This document shows positions 8,640 to 17,512 of a stretch of DNA of 52,444 nt, piece by piece. Each line of letters begins with the position of its first letter. Within the stretch, counting starts at the first letter, position 1. The stretch lies in IMG/VR virus record IMGVR_UViG_3300036860_000446, positions 1 to 52,444 of that record; one strand, given 5' to 3'. Both the position numbers and the translations under genes were made by a program. Under the pieces are notes generated by a model, which saw only the letters and a program-made list of their open reading frames with translations, was not told where the DNA came from and did no database searches. Source of the stretch: a virus (Duplodnaviria; Caudoviricetes).

Positions 8640-10404
8640 TGTAGATGTCCTCCAGTTGGGGGATTAACTCGTCTTTGTGTCGGTTCTCGAACGAAACCAG
8701 AATGTCGGAAAGCATGACCTCAGCGCCCTTCCCCAACTTGGCGATGAGCTCGAGGAGGGGCGGGGAAATCGGGCCCATTTGCTGGACGGTGAAACCGAGC
8801 TGGGCGGCCTGTTGAGCGAAGTTGGTCCAGAGCTGGTAGAGGGAAACGGCGTCCTGGCGTTGGATCTGGCGGTTGACGGCGGCGCTGGATGGGAGAACCT
8901 CAACGGAAACGGCCTTGTGAAGGGGGACGTCTCGGGGGAAGTTGATCCGAAGGCGTTCCATGGCGACGCCGTCCGGACCTAGAACCTCTTGGATGAGGCC
9001 ATCCGGGTTCATCTGGTCGATCATGCTGGCGATCATGAGGCCGGCTTCGCCAAGGGCGTCACGCATGTCGCGGACCTGGAAGTCGAACTTCTTGTTGCCC
9101 TCCTGGATGATGGCTAAGGTGCCGGTCGCCGTTCCACGGCGACTGGCTGAGGGCTCCCGGCCAACGCTGAAGTCGGAAACTCCGGTGCGGCGCTCCGCCA
9201 TGGCGTGGGCGTTCTGCTCGAGGGCGAGGGCCTGTACCTTGAAGTCGCCCATGGGCATGGGCATGACGTCGGTGTCCTGGAGGGCAGGGATGCGTTTGCC
9301 GCTATAGAGGTCTTCCATAGCGTCCCAGCTTGGGGTACCAGGGCGAACTTTGAACATGCTCAGGTTGGAGTAGTTGGCAGCGTCGATCAACTGGTTGTGG
9401 ATCGTGTTGACTTCCTCGTTGATGTCACCGATTTGGTCAGCGACTCCAAGACCAGCGATCTGGTGCTCGATAACCTCTAGGCGGCCGATAACGAAGGGAC
9501 GGCGACGGTGGAAGAATGGAATGGCGTTGCAGCGGAGAACGGTGCCACCCTCTGGCTCGATCTCGAGCTGGATCTCTTCCTCGACACCGTCATCGTTGAT
9601 GTCGTAGCGAGCCCAGAGCTCATGGGTGGTAATCATCTCGGAAGAGCGCGGGAGAAGGCCGGCGGTTTCGTCACGGGCCTGCTCGACACGCTCAAATGGG
9701 ATGCGGGCGCCTGTTAACGCTTCCTCGAGATTGAAGATTTCCTTGGATTTGGCGCGCTTGACCAGCTGGCCCGGGGTGAACGGGCGTATGTGACAGATCC
9801 ATGGGGCGGTTTGGATGTCGGTTGAACCGTCGGCCCACACGAAGTATTCTGGCTGGATGGATTCAACATGGGGCCGATCCTCGACGAGGATCTCGTCTTC
9901 AACGATGTCGAATTTCTCGTCGTAGTGGAGTTCGACGCCACGGCGGCGAAGCCAGGAGAGTTTGAGGATTCCAAGACCAAGCTTGACGGCGTCGTAGCTG
10001 AAGTCTCGGATGGCGCGGTAGACGGGGAACTGTTCGGTGCGCCCCCAGTCCAGGTATTCGGTGAATTGTTCGGCGAAGTCCTGGTAGTCGGGATGGCGAT
10101 GCTGGACTTTCCAGAGGGGGTCTTGCCCGAACAGGGAAGTCATGAAGCGGGCGTGGATCGCGGCGCTGTGGGTCGGGACCATGGGAACATTAACGTTGGA
10201 GGCGTTCTTGGTCGGGAAGTTCTTCGGGTCGCGCCGACCCTCATGGAGCTTGATGGCACGCTCCCAGCGGGCCTCGAGGTCGCGCCGGTTGGCCTTGGCC
10301 TTTTTGACCTCGGTGGAGAAGTGGGCCACGACCCGGGTCTCCTGCTCCTTGGTCAGCGGGAACTGCTTGTAGAGGTCCTCAGCGGTCTTCTTGGATTTGG
10401 CCAC
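8467..10404 (-). CDS. Portal protein A
   Basis: 645 aa after TerL. LGLGILKLSW, RRPFVIGR...AGLGVADQI, ERRTGVSDFSVG...TATG. Confidence 0.85.
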   Translation of the reverse strand: MAKSKKTAEDLYKQFPLTKEQETRVVAHFSTEVKKAKANRRDLEARWERAIKLHEGRRDPKNFPTKNASNVNVPMVPTHSAAIHARFMTSLFGQDPLWKVQHRHPDYQDFAEQFTEYLDWGRTEQFPVYRAIRDFSYDAVKLGLGILKLSWLRRRGVELHYDEKFDIVEDEILVEDRPHVESIQPEYFVWADGSTDIQTAPWICHIRPFTPGQLVKRAKSKEIFNLEEALTGARIPFERVEQARDETAGLLPRSSEMITTHELWARYDINDDGVEEEIQLEIEPEGGTVLRCNAIPFFHRRRPFVIGRLEVIEHQIAGLGVADQIGDINEEVNTIHNQLIDAANYSNLSMFKVRPGTPSWDAMEDLYSGKRIPALQDTDVMPMPMGDFKVQALALEQNAHAMAERRTGVSDFSVGREPSASRRGTATGTLAIIQEGNKKFDFQVRDMRDALGEAGLMIASMIDQMNPDGLIQEVLGPDGVAMERLRINFPRDVPLHKAVSVEVLPSSAAVNRQIQRQDAVSLYQLWTNFAQQAAQLGFTVQQMGPISPPLLELIAKLGKGAEVMLSDILVSFENRHKDELIPQLEDIYNEIGAQGAQLAQGIQALGSIGAGSQGGQGVLQQEQGQNPQANQGAPGQAPGGPAPVR

Positions 10405-10503
10405 TCAGTCTCCGGAGCAGTTAGAGATAATGGCACCGCAACGCTGACAGATCAGCTTGCAGTTGATCTCGGAAACGGGACCATCGCAGACGGGGCAGAG
10501 CAC
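10405..10503 (-). CDS. 32-aa zinc-finger microprotein
   Basis: Hand translation MLCPVCDGPVSEINCKLICQRCGAIISNCSGD (GTG start); fills the gap exactly. Confidence 0.55.
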   Translation of the reverse strand: MLCPVCDGPVSEINCKLICQRCGAIISNCSGD

Positions 10504-10655
10504 TAGCGGGCTTTCTTGAGTTTCTTCTTGACGCGCTCTGGGAGATTTTTACCCTTGGATGCTCGATCGAACTCGTCGACGGTCTTTTTGCTGATCTCGC
10601 CGCGCCTGAGCATGGCGTGAAACTTCCGGCGTTGAGCGTCTGATTTGTATGGCAT
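10503..10655 (-). CDS. 50-aa basic microprotein
   Basis: MPYKSDAQRRKFHAMLRRGEISKKTVDEFDRASKGKNLPERVKKKLKKAR; MPYKS-x-AQ type phage peptide. Confidence 0.7.
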   Translation of the reverse strand: MPYKSDAQRRKFHAMLRRGEISKKTVDEFDRASKGKNLPERVKKKLKKAR

Positions 10656-10661
10656 AGCTAG

Positions 10662-10769
10662 TTAAGACCTAGCCTTCCTCTTCTCATCCGCACTAGAGCC
10701 CCGGTAGGAATAACCGGCGAAGAATCCGATCACGGCAGCGACGATGTATCCGATAACAGTCAGAAACAT
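10662..10769 (-). CDS. 35-aa single-TM microprotein
   Basis: MFLTVIGYIVAAVIGFFAGYSYRGSSADEKRKARS; GGAGG RBS. Confidence 0.6.
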   Translation of the reverse strand: MFLTVIGYIVAAVIGFFAGYSYRGSSADEKRKARS

Positions 10770-10879
10770 CAGCGGGCCTCCTTCAGTTTCTTCATCGCTT
10801 TCTTCTTGGTCATGGCCTTCTTAGCTGCGGCCTTTCCAGCTTTGGTGTAGGGGAAATGCTTACCGTTTACTTTTGGCAC
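10769..10879 (-). CDS. 36-aa Lys-rich microprotein (could start at 10984)
   Basis: GTG start after GGGAG: MPKVNGKHFPYTKAGKAAAKKAMTKKKAMKKLKEAR. Confidence 0.6.
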   Translation of the reverse strand: MPKVNGKHFPYTKAGKAAAKKAMTKKKAMKKLKEAR

Positions 10880-10987
10880 TCGGTTCTCCCATGTTGCGAG
10901 GAAGCCAATCTGTCGTCCAACATGTCGGCGCATCGGCCCCTCGTAGATAGTGTCGCGGTATCCAATTTCCACGTCATCGCTCATAGG

Positions 10988-11017
10988 ACTCTACCTCAAG
11001 TATACCCATCATGTCAA
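10988..11017 (-). promoter_or_regulatory. Sigma70-like promoter upstream of the portal cluster
   Basis: TTGACA-N18-TAGAGT; shares AGAAAGGACTTGAC with the 15081-15110 promoter. Confidence 0.6.
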
Positions 11018-11035
11018 GTCCTTTCTTTAGGTGAG

Positions 11036-11053
11036 CCCCAGGTACGTCCCAAC
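11036..11053 (+). repeat. Conserved motif, copy 1 (CCCCAGGTACGTCCCAAC)
   Basis: The 17-mer recurs exactly at 15139 and 22645, and inverted with 1 mismatch at 16713-16730. Confidence 0.85.
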
Positions 11054-12627
11054 TAGTACCCCGTCAGCGGGTTCATCCCAGCCTTCAAGGCTGCATTATA
11101 CCACTCATCCGCCGACTTTGGCTTGAAGGCGCGGGATCCGCTGAAAATCCAAACCTGTTGACTGAGCGCGTAGGCGTCGAGGAGGTCGCGGGGGCTGGTC
11201 TTGTCCGGGAACCATGTGTACTCATCAATGAAGTCTACCATATTTCGCCTGATGAAAGCTCGGCCGGAGGCGAAAGTTTCGCCAACGACCTGGTTGATGC
11301 GGGATTCCTTGGCGCCGGTCGAATTGGAGCCGGAGATCGGGACGACGGGCAGGTAGTCACCCTTGGACTTGCCGTACCATTCCAGGGGTTTCTGGAGGAG
11401 GCGGCTGAAGGCGACGGCCTCGATGTTGATTTGAGGGGGGCGGCGCTGCTTCCACACTTTGTAGACGTCCATGAGGCACTCGAACGGGTCTTTGCGGAGG
11501 GCGATGGCATCGCGGACGAAGATGCGTCCCTGAGCATCAGTTGAGGTCACGACGATGGCGGTCCGGTCGGCGCGGTTTCCGGGAGTCGCGGCTGGGTCGA
11601 CGACCATGTAGGAGAAGAGCTCCTCCGTTCGGATCATCTCGCCGTCCTCGAGGATCAGGACCTCCTTTCCCTCCGCGTCGATTCCTTCCTCGTAATAACG
11701 GAGCCAGCTGCTGTGGAAGGCGGCGGAGTCGGAATCGCGTGGATCGTTCATGTACTGGCAAGCAAACTTGTAGGGGCCGAGCTTGATGCGGAGGCGGGCG
11801 AGCTCGTCGGTGGGGAACCGCTCGGGCCACAGACTGTTTCCATCGGGAAGAATCGCGGTTCGATCCGGCCCCACCTTACATTCCGGTTCATGCTCCCGGA
11901 TCCACCCGTTCAGGTCGATCCTGCCCCATCTGTTACCGACGGTATCGATCCAATCCCGCTCCGGAACCTCGAGAAGCGGGAAGGCGTATTGGTGCCAGCT
12001 GATGCGGCGGGGGACCTCAACGGTGGACTCGGCACAGGTTTCATCGATGAGGTCATCCTCGATGATCCCGGTGAAGTGACGACCAGTAACTTTGGTGCCG
12101 ACGCCGATTGCGGTAATGTTGGGCTCGGAGCCGGGGGCGTTGCCGAGGCGCATCTCGGATTGGTTCCAGAGTGCCTTGTGCATATCCTCCGGGATCGTTT
12201 CCGGGAACAGCCAGCGCAGGAGGACGTTCCCCTCGAAGTGGTGCTCGATCTCGCCCAGATGGATGGCAGCAACGTCGCCGCCGCTCATGACGAGCAGCAT
12301 TCGCTCGAGCGGGCCCCAGAAACGCGGCGGATCTGGCTCCTGGATCAGACGCCAGGTCGGCTTTCCTCTAGAATAAACTGTACTCTTTAAATGTCCCCGA
12401 GGATGTTCACCCAGCCTTCGACGGATCGTCGGGTCCTGGGCGAACCTGCACATCCTGAGATGGAAGTCGCGGGTCAGGTCCTGATACCCCAGGACCGCCT
12501 TGTTCAGAAAGTAGAGCGACTTCCTGCATTTCAACCTCAGGTTGTGCCGGATCAGGTCCGGATCCAACTTCAACTGTTGGCCGAGCTTTTTCGCAAACTT
12601 CAAAGTCTGTATCGATGGTTGTGTCAT
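11053..12627 (-). CDS. terL: Terminase large subunit A
   Basis: Walker A PRGHLKST, Walker B GRHFTGIIEDD, GNRW coupling motif, CQYMNDP, nuclease VVDPA ... DLLDA. Start could be 12669. Confidence 0.92.
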   Translation of the reverse strand: MTQPSIQTLKFAKKLGQQLKLDPDLIRHNLRLKCRKSLYFLNKAVLGYQDLTRDFHLRMCRFAQDPTIRRRLGEHPRGHLKSTVYSRGKPTWRLIQEPDPPRFWGPLERMLLVMSGGDVAAIHLGEIEHHFEGNVLLRWLFPETIPEDMHKALWNQSEMRLGNAPGSEPNITAIGVGTKVTGRHFTGIIEDDLIDETCAESTVEVPRRISWHQYAFPLLEVPERDWIDTVGNRWGRIDLNGWIREHEPECKVGPDRTAILPDGNSLWPERFPTDELARLRIKLGPYKFACQYMNDPRDSDSAAFHSSWLRYYEEGIDAEGKEVLILEDGEMIRTEELFSYMVVDPAATPGNRADRTAIVVTSTDAQGRIFVRDAIALRKDPFECLMDVYKVWKQRRPPQINIEAVAFSRLLQKPLEWYGKSKGDYLPVVPISGSNSTGAKESRINQVVGETFASGRAFIRRNMVDFIDEYTWFPDKTSPRDLLDAYALSQQVWIFSGSRAFKPKSADEWYNAALKAGMNPLTGY

Positions 12628-12922
12628 CTTCCTCCGAAATGGCCTGGAGGATACGTAGCGTCTTATCATCCAGGGTGATCTTCTTCGCCACCGCGATCTT
12701 CGTTACTGGTGTGAAGCCGCTACGGTCCAACCATTCCTTGATCATCCACGCCTTGACGCGCTCCTGGGTTGGTCCCGTGATCAGGTTCAGCTGCTCCCGC
12801 AGCGCCAGCGGGACTCCCTTTTGCAGGAGCTCATTGATATCCTCGGTCGACATCTGCGGCAGTTTCTCGGTTCCGATCAGCTCGAGGAGCTCCTGAAGCA
12901 GATTGTCGTTAGGTTTCGACAT
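12407..12922 (-). CDS. Putative terminase small subunit A
   Basis: Immediately upstream of TerL; helical, WLDRSGFTPVTK motif, disordered tail overlapping terL; GAGGGAG RBS. Confidence 0.5.
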   Translation of the reverse strand: MSKPNDNLLQELLELIGTEKLPQMSTEDINELLQKGVPLALREQLNLITGPTQERVKAWMIKEWLDRSGFTPVTKIAVAKKITLDDKTLRILQAISEEDDTTIDTDFEVCEKARPTVEVGSGPDPAQPEVEMQEVALLSEQGGPGVSGPDPRLPSQDVQVRPGPDDPSKAG

Positions 12923-13061
12923 CCAACGCTCCCTCGTCGATGAGGATCTGGACTGCGGCGCGGGCAGCAGAGAGCGCCATCCTATCATCAACATCAACGG
13001 TGTTCTCCAGGATCGTATCCTGGACCGTTTGGATCAGGTCGACCAGATCCGCATAGGTCAT
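12909..13061 (-). CDS. 50-aa acidic microprotein
   Basis: MTYADLVDLIQTVQDTILENTVDVDDRMALSAARAAVQILIDEGALDVET; GGAGGGG RBS. Confidence 0.6.
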   Translation of the reverse strand: MTYADLVDLIQTVQDTILENTVDVDDRMALSAARAAVQILIDEGALDVET

Positions 13062-13073
13062 AGTCCCCTCCAC

Positions 13074-14969
13074 CTACTGGCGTTCATCACAGCCGATGTC
13101 CCACGCGCTTCCTTGCTGCGCCTCACAATCATTATAGAACAAATCCACCCCGTTGCAAATGTCCGCTGTTCTCCCGGATGGCATCCCGGTAGCCGTACCA
13201 GCATTGCGGGCATTGCTGACCGCCTTGAGGTGGAAATCTCCCGTCGAGATGTTGACGAATCCCGGGGCTGCGCACTTGTTGTTGTCGTTGCCTGTACCAT
13301 CGTTGTCTACATCAGCGCTTGTTATCGTCTGCGCGCACGTCTTGTTAGCTCCATTGAACGCAATCAGAGTTCCGCTCGTAGCGGACTTAACGATGTTATT
13401 CTGGAACACTCCAGACGAAGTCCAAGCCACTAGTTGTTGACTTCCATCTGAATAAAGTATATTGTTTCGGAATATATTCCCGGTGACAACTGAACCGGCT
13501 CCAAAGCGTTGTTCAATAGCCTTGATGCCGTCGGGAACATAGAACGTGTTATTGTAAATCTTATTGTCCCTGACCTTGCAGAGAGAACTAGCAGCTGTCT
13601 CCACAATGAGCCCGCTATCTCCAGGATTATCGCAGAGATTGTTGTAGATTTGTATGTTGTCGCCGAGCGATCCCAATCCAGAGTCGAGTGTATGGTCGTA
13701 TTTGATGCACCCAGCATTTACATCCCTGAAGACATTATTCCGAACGATCCAGCCCCAGGATTTCTCTATGACGATTCCCTGGCCAGGGTGCGCCCCTGGA
13801 TTGTTGGTCCGCTCGATCAAGTTCCCGCTGACAACGCTTCCGGTACTGTCTCCGTGCAGGACGCCACCGTTGACCTCATAGGCAAGGATCATGCCCGAAG
13901 AAGTTCCGCTGCTACCCGGGCCCATGACCGTCGGATCGCCTAAGTCGTGGATCCAGTTATCGGTGATCGTAACTACCAGCGGTGTTCCTGTAGGTCCAGC
14001 GGTCGTGTGGATGCCCTCGCTCCCGGTATAGGCGATCTCGCTGTTCTTGATCGTGACAGGCGTTGCCTGACCGCCGTTCAATACCACCCAGCCAACCCCA
14101 TAGTCGCTCCCAGAATTGAACTTATCAGCATTATATAGAATCGTCGCGCCGTCGATGACGATGTTCGTTGCCGAACTCAACAACTGAATCGCTGCTCTGC
14201 GATGGCAGCGAAACGTCACACCCCTGATCGTGATCCAGGAACTCGTGCCCAGTTCAAAGCCAACGCCGTTGTTGTTTGTGAAGACGTAAGGGCGCGAGTT
14301 GGATGCGCCACCTGGAGCGTCGGCTCCAGTTCCCCAATAGACGAATATATTCGTGCCCGTTGTCTGCGCGCTGTAGCTCTCCCACTGGGCGGTGATGCCA
14401 GCGAGCCCGATCTCGCGCCGTGTCATCTGGCCATCCGGCCGCTGCGCCCCAATCGCCAAATCGGAGAAGCTGGACCCGGCAACGTACCAGACGACGTTGC
14501 AGGCTATGGAGCTCGGTAGTCCGTTACATGGTGCGTTGCAGGAGCCAGCCGTACCGGAGCATTGGGTCCAGGCGCCAAGATCCTCGGTCCCGTCGATATA
14601 GACAGGCTCCCCAGATCCGCGCGTTCCAGTGAAGCCGTTGTTCTGGATGATGATGGGGTGGCTACTCGCGCCGTTCTTGCCCGTGATCGAGAACCTGTCG
14701 CCGAAATAGCGGCCTTCGGTATTGCCGGGACAGTTGTCGTGAGTGGAGTGGACTCCGCGAATGTTGAGCACGTCATCCTGAGCAGAGAGCAGCCCGATAC
14801 CGTCTGCCAGTAGCTTCTTCGGGTTGTTTGTCGTCGGGCTGGAGAGGCAGGAGGCGGAACTCCCGTTGCCAGCAGTCGGACAGGTCGCATCGACGTAGTA
14901 GGTCGCTGCCCACACCTGTCCACCCAGCACCAACCCCAGCAACACCCCAACCAGCCGCAGTCGCTTCAT
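13074..14969 (-). CDS. Signal-peptide right-handed beta-helix (pectin lyase-like) protein
   Basis: MKRLRLVGVLLGLVLGGQVWA/ATYYVD; repeats IVRNNVF, IYNNLC, IYNNTF, FRNNIL; C-terminal GDFHLKAVSNARNAG...AWDIGCDE. Confidence 0.8.
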   Translation of the reverse strand: MKRLRLVGVLLGLVLGGQVWAATYYVDATCPTAGNGSSASCLSSPTTNNPKKLLADGIGLLSAQDDVLNIRGVHSTHDNCPGNTEGRYFGDRFSITGKNGASSHPIIIQNNGFTGTRGSGEPVYIDGTEDLGAWTQCSGTAGSCNAPCNGLPSSIACNVVWYVAGSSFSDLAIGAQRPDGQMTRREIGLAGITAQWESYSAQTTGTNIFVYWGTGADAPGGASNSRPYVFTNNNGVGFELGTSSWITIRGVTFRCHRRAAIQLLSSATNIVIDGATILYNADKFNSGSDYGVGWVVLNGGQATPVTIKNSEIAYTGSEGIHTTAGPTGTPLVVTITDNWIHDLGDPTVMGPGSSGTSSGMILAYEVNGGVLHGDSTGSVVSGNLIERTNNPGAHPGQGIVIEKSWGWIVRNNVFRDVNAGCIKYDHTLDSGLGSLGDNIQIYNNLCDNPGDSGLIVETAASSLCKVRDNKIYNNTFYVPDGIKAIEQRFGAGSVVTGNIFRNNILYSDGSQQLVAWTSSGVFQNNIVKSATSGTLIAFNGANKTCAQTITSADVDNDGTGNDNNKCAAPGFVNISTGDFHLKAVSNARNAGTATGMPSGRTADICNGVDLFYNDCEAQQGSAWDIGCDERQ

Positions 14970-15080
14970 TTCTACCCCGCCAGCCTCCAAACGTCAACCC
15001 CCGAAGACCACCGACCCAGCCGGAGGCTTGCCGAGCCGGTGGCGCTACCCCACGACGGAGTAGCTTCGGGGAGGGATCTA

Positions 15081-15110
15081 TTTATACCACGAATCCGCCT
15101 CCTGAGTCAA
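15081..15110 (-). promoter_or_regulatory. Sigma70-like promoter heading late operon A
   Basis: TTGACT-N18-TATAAA with extended -10 TGn. Confidence 0.6.
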
Positions 15111-15137
15111 GTCCTTTCTATGCAGAGAATCGGTACA

Positions 15138-15155
15138 CCCCAGGTACGTCCCAAC
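15138..15155 (+). repeat. Conserved motif, copy 2
   Basis: CCCCAGGTACGTCCCAAC, 27 nt upstream of the -35 box. Confidence 0.85.
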
Positions 15156-15462
15156 CCTGCCCCCATTTTAGCCTTCCTCGCAGCTCGCCGATCCTCCCCA
15201 TGCGCCTGGCTATCGTGGCTAAGACCTAGTCCCATTCATTTCTGATCAGTAAATAGTCGGCGGTCTTGGTTCTAGCCGCGCGCGCCTATGGGAGGGTGGT
15301 CGGCTTGAACCCCCTTGTGGTGGTACTGTGAAGGGAGCGCAGTAGGCCGCTCCCGGAGCGTGTTTTTGCTCTCTGACAATTCAGGGCACCGATTCCCTGC
15401 GGGTCTCCCCAAACGGGCGATCTCGCGAGGGGGAGATCCGAAACATCGGCAGGAGAAGGCCA

Positions 15463-15780
15463 ATGTTGAGGATCAGGATCAAGGCAGGGATCGGAACGTA
15501 CACTCCGGCAGGAGGGTCGGAAACGGAGATCCTACGGCGCGAAGTGCATGTGCTCGACGCCAGTGGGAACACGGTCGCAAAACTCAATGTCCCGACGGCC
15601 GCAAGGCTCGCGCAAGCTGCAGCGGCGGACAAGGACGGCGAGTCGCTCGTGGATTTCGGCGCCAGACTCGTGCAAGCCGTGGCGGAAAACGACGCCAAAC
15701 TGGCCGAAATGACGGGTCAGGGGAAGACGGCGCGCAAGTCAAAGACGACGATCCGGCCACTGTTCGAGACGGAGGGGTAG
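15463..15780 (+). CDS. Hypothetical early protein
   Basis: 105 aa, AGGAG RBS, first gene of the plus-strand block. Confidence 0.65.
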   Translation: MLRIRIKAGIGTYTPAGGSETEILRREVHVLDASGNTVAKLNVPTAARLAQAAAADKDGESLVDFGARLVQAVAENDAKLAEMTGQGKTARKSKTTIRPLFETEG

Positions 15781-15783
15781 GTT

Positions 15784-15833
15784 CCGATCCAGGATCGGGG
15801 ACGGCCACCATGGCGTCCCCCGTCCTTTGTTTT
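15784..15833 (+). terminator. Hairpins plus T-tract
   Basis: CCGATCC-A-GGATCGG and GGGGACG...CGTCCCC, followed by CTTTGTTTT. Confidence 0.4.
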
Positions 15834-15862
15834 CAGCGAGCGTTTGTTAAGGAGAAGACCAG

Positions 15863-16021
15863 ATGAGCAGAGCAGAGCGCGTCAGAAGAGCCAGACAACT
15901 CCTTGAGGAGGTCGAGGAAATCGTCGAATGGGAGGCAAGGCACGGATACGAGGGCGCCGATTGTCGGAATCCTCGCGCCGGAGAGCTTCTCATCGAGGTT
16001 AGGGATCTGATCTCGGAATAA
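15863..16021 (+). CDS. 52-aa hypothetical protein
   Basis: MSRAERVRRARQLLEEVEEIVEWEARHG...; AAGGAG RBS. Confidence 0.6.
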   Translation: MSRAERVRRARQLLEEVEEIVEWEARHGYEGADCRNPRAGELLIEVRDLISE

Positions 16022-16123
16022 CGACGTTGAGTGACGCCCTCACGGAAGCACTTGACTCTCCTGAGCCCGCACCGGCCTGAGATCAGTCGCTTGACGAACG
16101 TGAGGGCGTCATTGAGCGTCGTT
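16020..16123 (+). ncRNA. Rod-like ~104-nt hairpin (sRNA or RNase III site candidate)
   Basis: 25-nt arms 16020-16044 and 16099-16123, plus inner AAGC/GCTT, TGA/TCA, TCTC/GAGA and GCC/GGC pairings. Confidence 0.5.
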
Positions 16124-16156
16124 TAACGTCGGCCTGCTCGTCACAGGAGATGAGAC

Positions 16157-16669
16157 GTGCACAAGATCACACTCCAAATGTACAAGAGGGCAATGGAGCT
16201 GCGGGTTCCTCTACTCCAGCGCTCGCGGGTCCTCGTCCAGGAGAATGGAGAATTCTACTGGGAGGACGCTCCGCCTTGGCAGCTCAATCCGGAAGATGTC
16301 GATGATGGGTATGGAGCATATCATGGTCGCGGAGTGCTCAGGCCGGTCGGGACGGCCAAAATGCCGCCGGCGCAAGGCTCCATGCCAGGGCGGACCGCGA
16401 CTGCGGCGCTGCTCAAGGAGAAGAATCGCAGGGATCGAGAAGTGGATCCGGAGACCGGGAAAACAGTCTCAAACAGGTTGCCATCGGAACGCTCCCACCA
16501 TAACAGATACTCATCCAGGTCGGTCAGGTCGACTACAACGCTCCCGGATGGGAGAAGGGTCGTGCTTGGGAGAACGGGGAGAATCCTCAAGACGCTCACG
16601 GCAAGGCTCAACAGGGTCAGGAAGCCAAGAGAAAGCAGGTGGCGGGTGGTTTTGGTAACGGAGGGCTGA
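16157..16669 (+). CDS. Hypothetical basic protein
   Basis: 170 aa, AGGAG RBS. Confidence 0.6.
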   Translation: MHKITLQMYKRAMELRVPLLQRSRVLVQENGEFYWEDAPPWQLNPEDVDDGYGAYHGRGVLRPVGTAKMPPAQGSMPGRTATAALLKEKNRRDREVDPETGKTVSNRLPSERSHHNRYSSRSVRSTTTLPDGRRVVLGRTGRILKTLTARLNRVRKPRESRWRVVLVTEG

Positions 16670-16712
16670 GAAAATGGCGGTCCCAACCATCAGTTTCGCG
16701 TGTCCTTGTCTG

Positions 16713-16730
16713 GTTGGGACGTACGTGGGG
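16713..16730 (-). repeat. Conserved motif, copy 3 (inverted, 1 mismatch)
   Basis: Reverse complement CCCCACGTACGTCCCAAC; can also pair with GTCCCAACCA at 16680-16689. Confidence 0.75.
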
Positions 16731-16746
16731 CCAGAGGGGCCTGAGA

Positions 16747-16938
16747 ATGCTCGATAATGGTCATAGGCTCAGTATCTCCTGCTTGCAGGGGACTCATCGA
16801 ATCTGTATCGCGATCAGCTCGGGGTACACAAAGGGGTGTGAGTGTCTTTGTCATATCGCGCTGGATGCTGCTGTCAGCGAAGAGCAGCAGGTCGAGGATT
16901 TCATCGCTGGGCGAAGCAGGGAGGAGGAGGAGCCATGA
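16747..16938 (+). CDS. Small Cys/His-rich protein
   Basis: MLDNGHRLSISCLQGTHRIC...GCECLCH; coupled to the next gene. Confidence 0.5.
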   Translation: MLDNGHRLSISCLQGTHRICIAISSGYTKGCECLCHIALDAAVSEEQQVEDFIAGRSREEEEP

Positions 16939-17211
16939 GGAAGGTCGTGAATCTGACGGGGGCGGCAATCCTGGCGTGGATGTTGCTCGCGTTCGTAGTG
17001 TGGGTCGTTGTTGTGGTAAGCAGGTGAGCGACGAGGATGCCTTAGAGGCCGCTATCCTGGTCGTCGTCGTCGTTCTCATACTCCTCTAAAGGAGGCTAAG
17101 ATGAACAGGGAACTGTCGCCGCTCGCGATCATCATCGTGCTGATGGCTTGGAACGCAGAGCTATATGGGCCTCCGGTTCACGCGAGGCAGGCCTCCGCTC
17201 TCAACAACTGA
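16935..17211 (+). CDS. Three tandem hydrophobic micropeptide genes (16935-17027, 17024-17089, 17101-17211)
   Basis: 30, 21 and 36 aa, each with one hydrophobic stretch; strong RBS or ATGA/GTGA coupling. Confidence 0.5.
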
Positions 17212-17218
17212 GGGCGAG

Positions 17219-17512
17219 ATGAAGGAAACGGTTTTGTGTCGGACCAGGCCTCAGAAGCTCGGGGAGATAGTCAGGATAGTCAGCAGGCGGGACCAGAGGC
17301 TGTGGGGGAGGATCCGGGTTGACAGCATCCGAAGCGATCCGGAACTTTGTCAAGTGCACGGGACTTTCGTGGAGGCCAGCAAAGAAAGTCAGTGGTATCC
17401 TGGAGATCCTGCATATTTGCATTGGGGGCAGAGCTCAGACTGGGCGTATCTGAGAGAAAGGGAGATGGAGGATGGGGAGGCACAGGAAAAAGCGACGCCA
17501 TCAGAAGGTTGA
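17219..17512 (+). CDS. Small beta-rich protein, CRTxP family
   Basis: MKETVLCRTRPQKLGEIVRI; paralog of 20173, 20393 and 20689. Confidence 0.6.
   Translation: MKETVLCRTRPQKLGEIVRIVSRRDQRLWGRIRVDSIRSDPELCQVHGTFVEASKESQWYPGDPAYLHWGQSSDWAYLREREMEDGEAQEKATPSEG

Noticed and set aside
16064-16110. Hammerhead ribozyme (CTGAGA...GAA)
   Set aside because: The core does not match CUGANGA/GAAA/UH, and the region folds better as a simple rod
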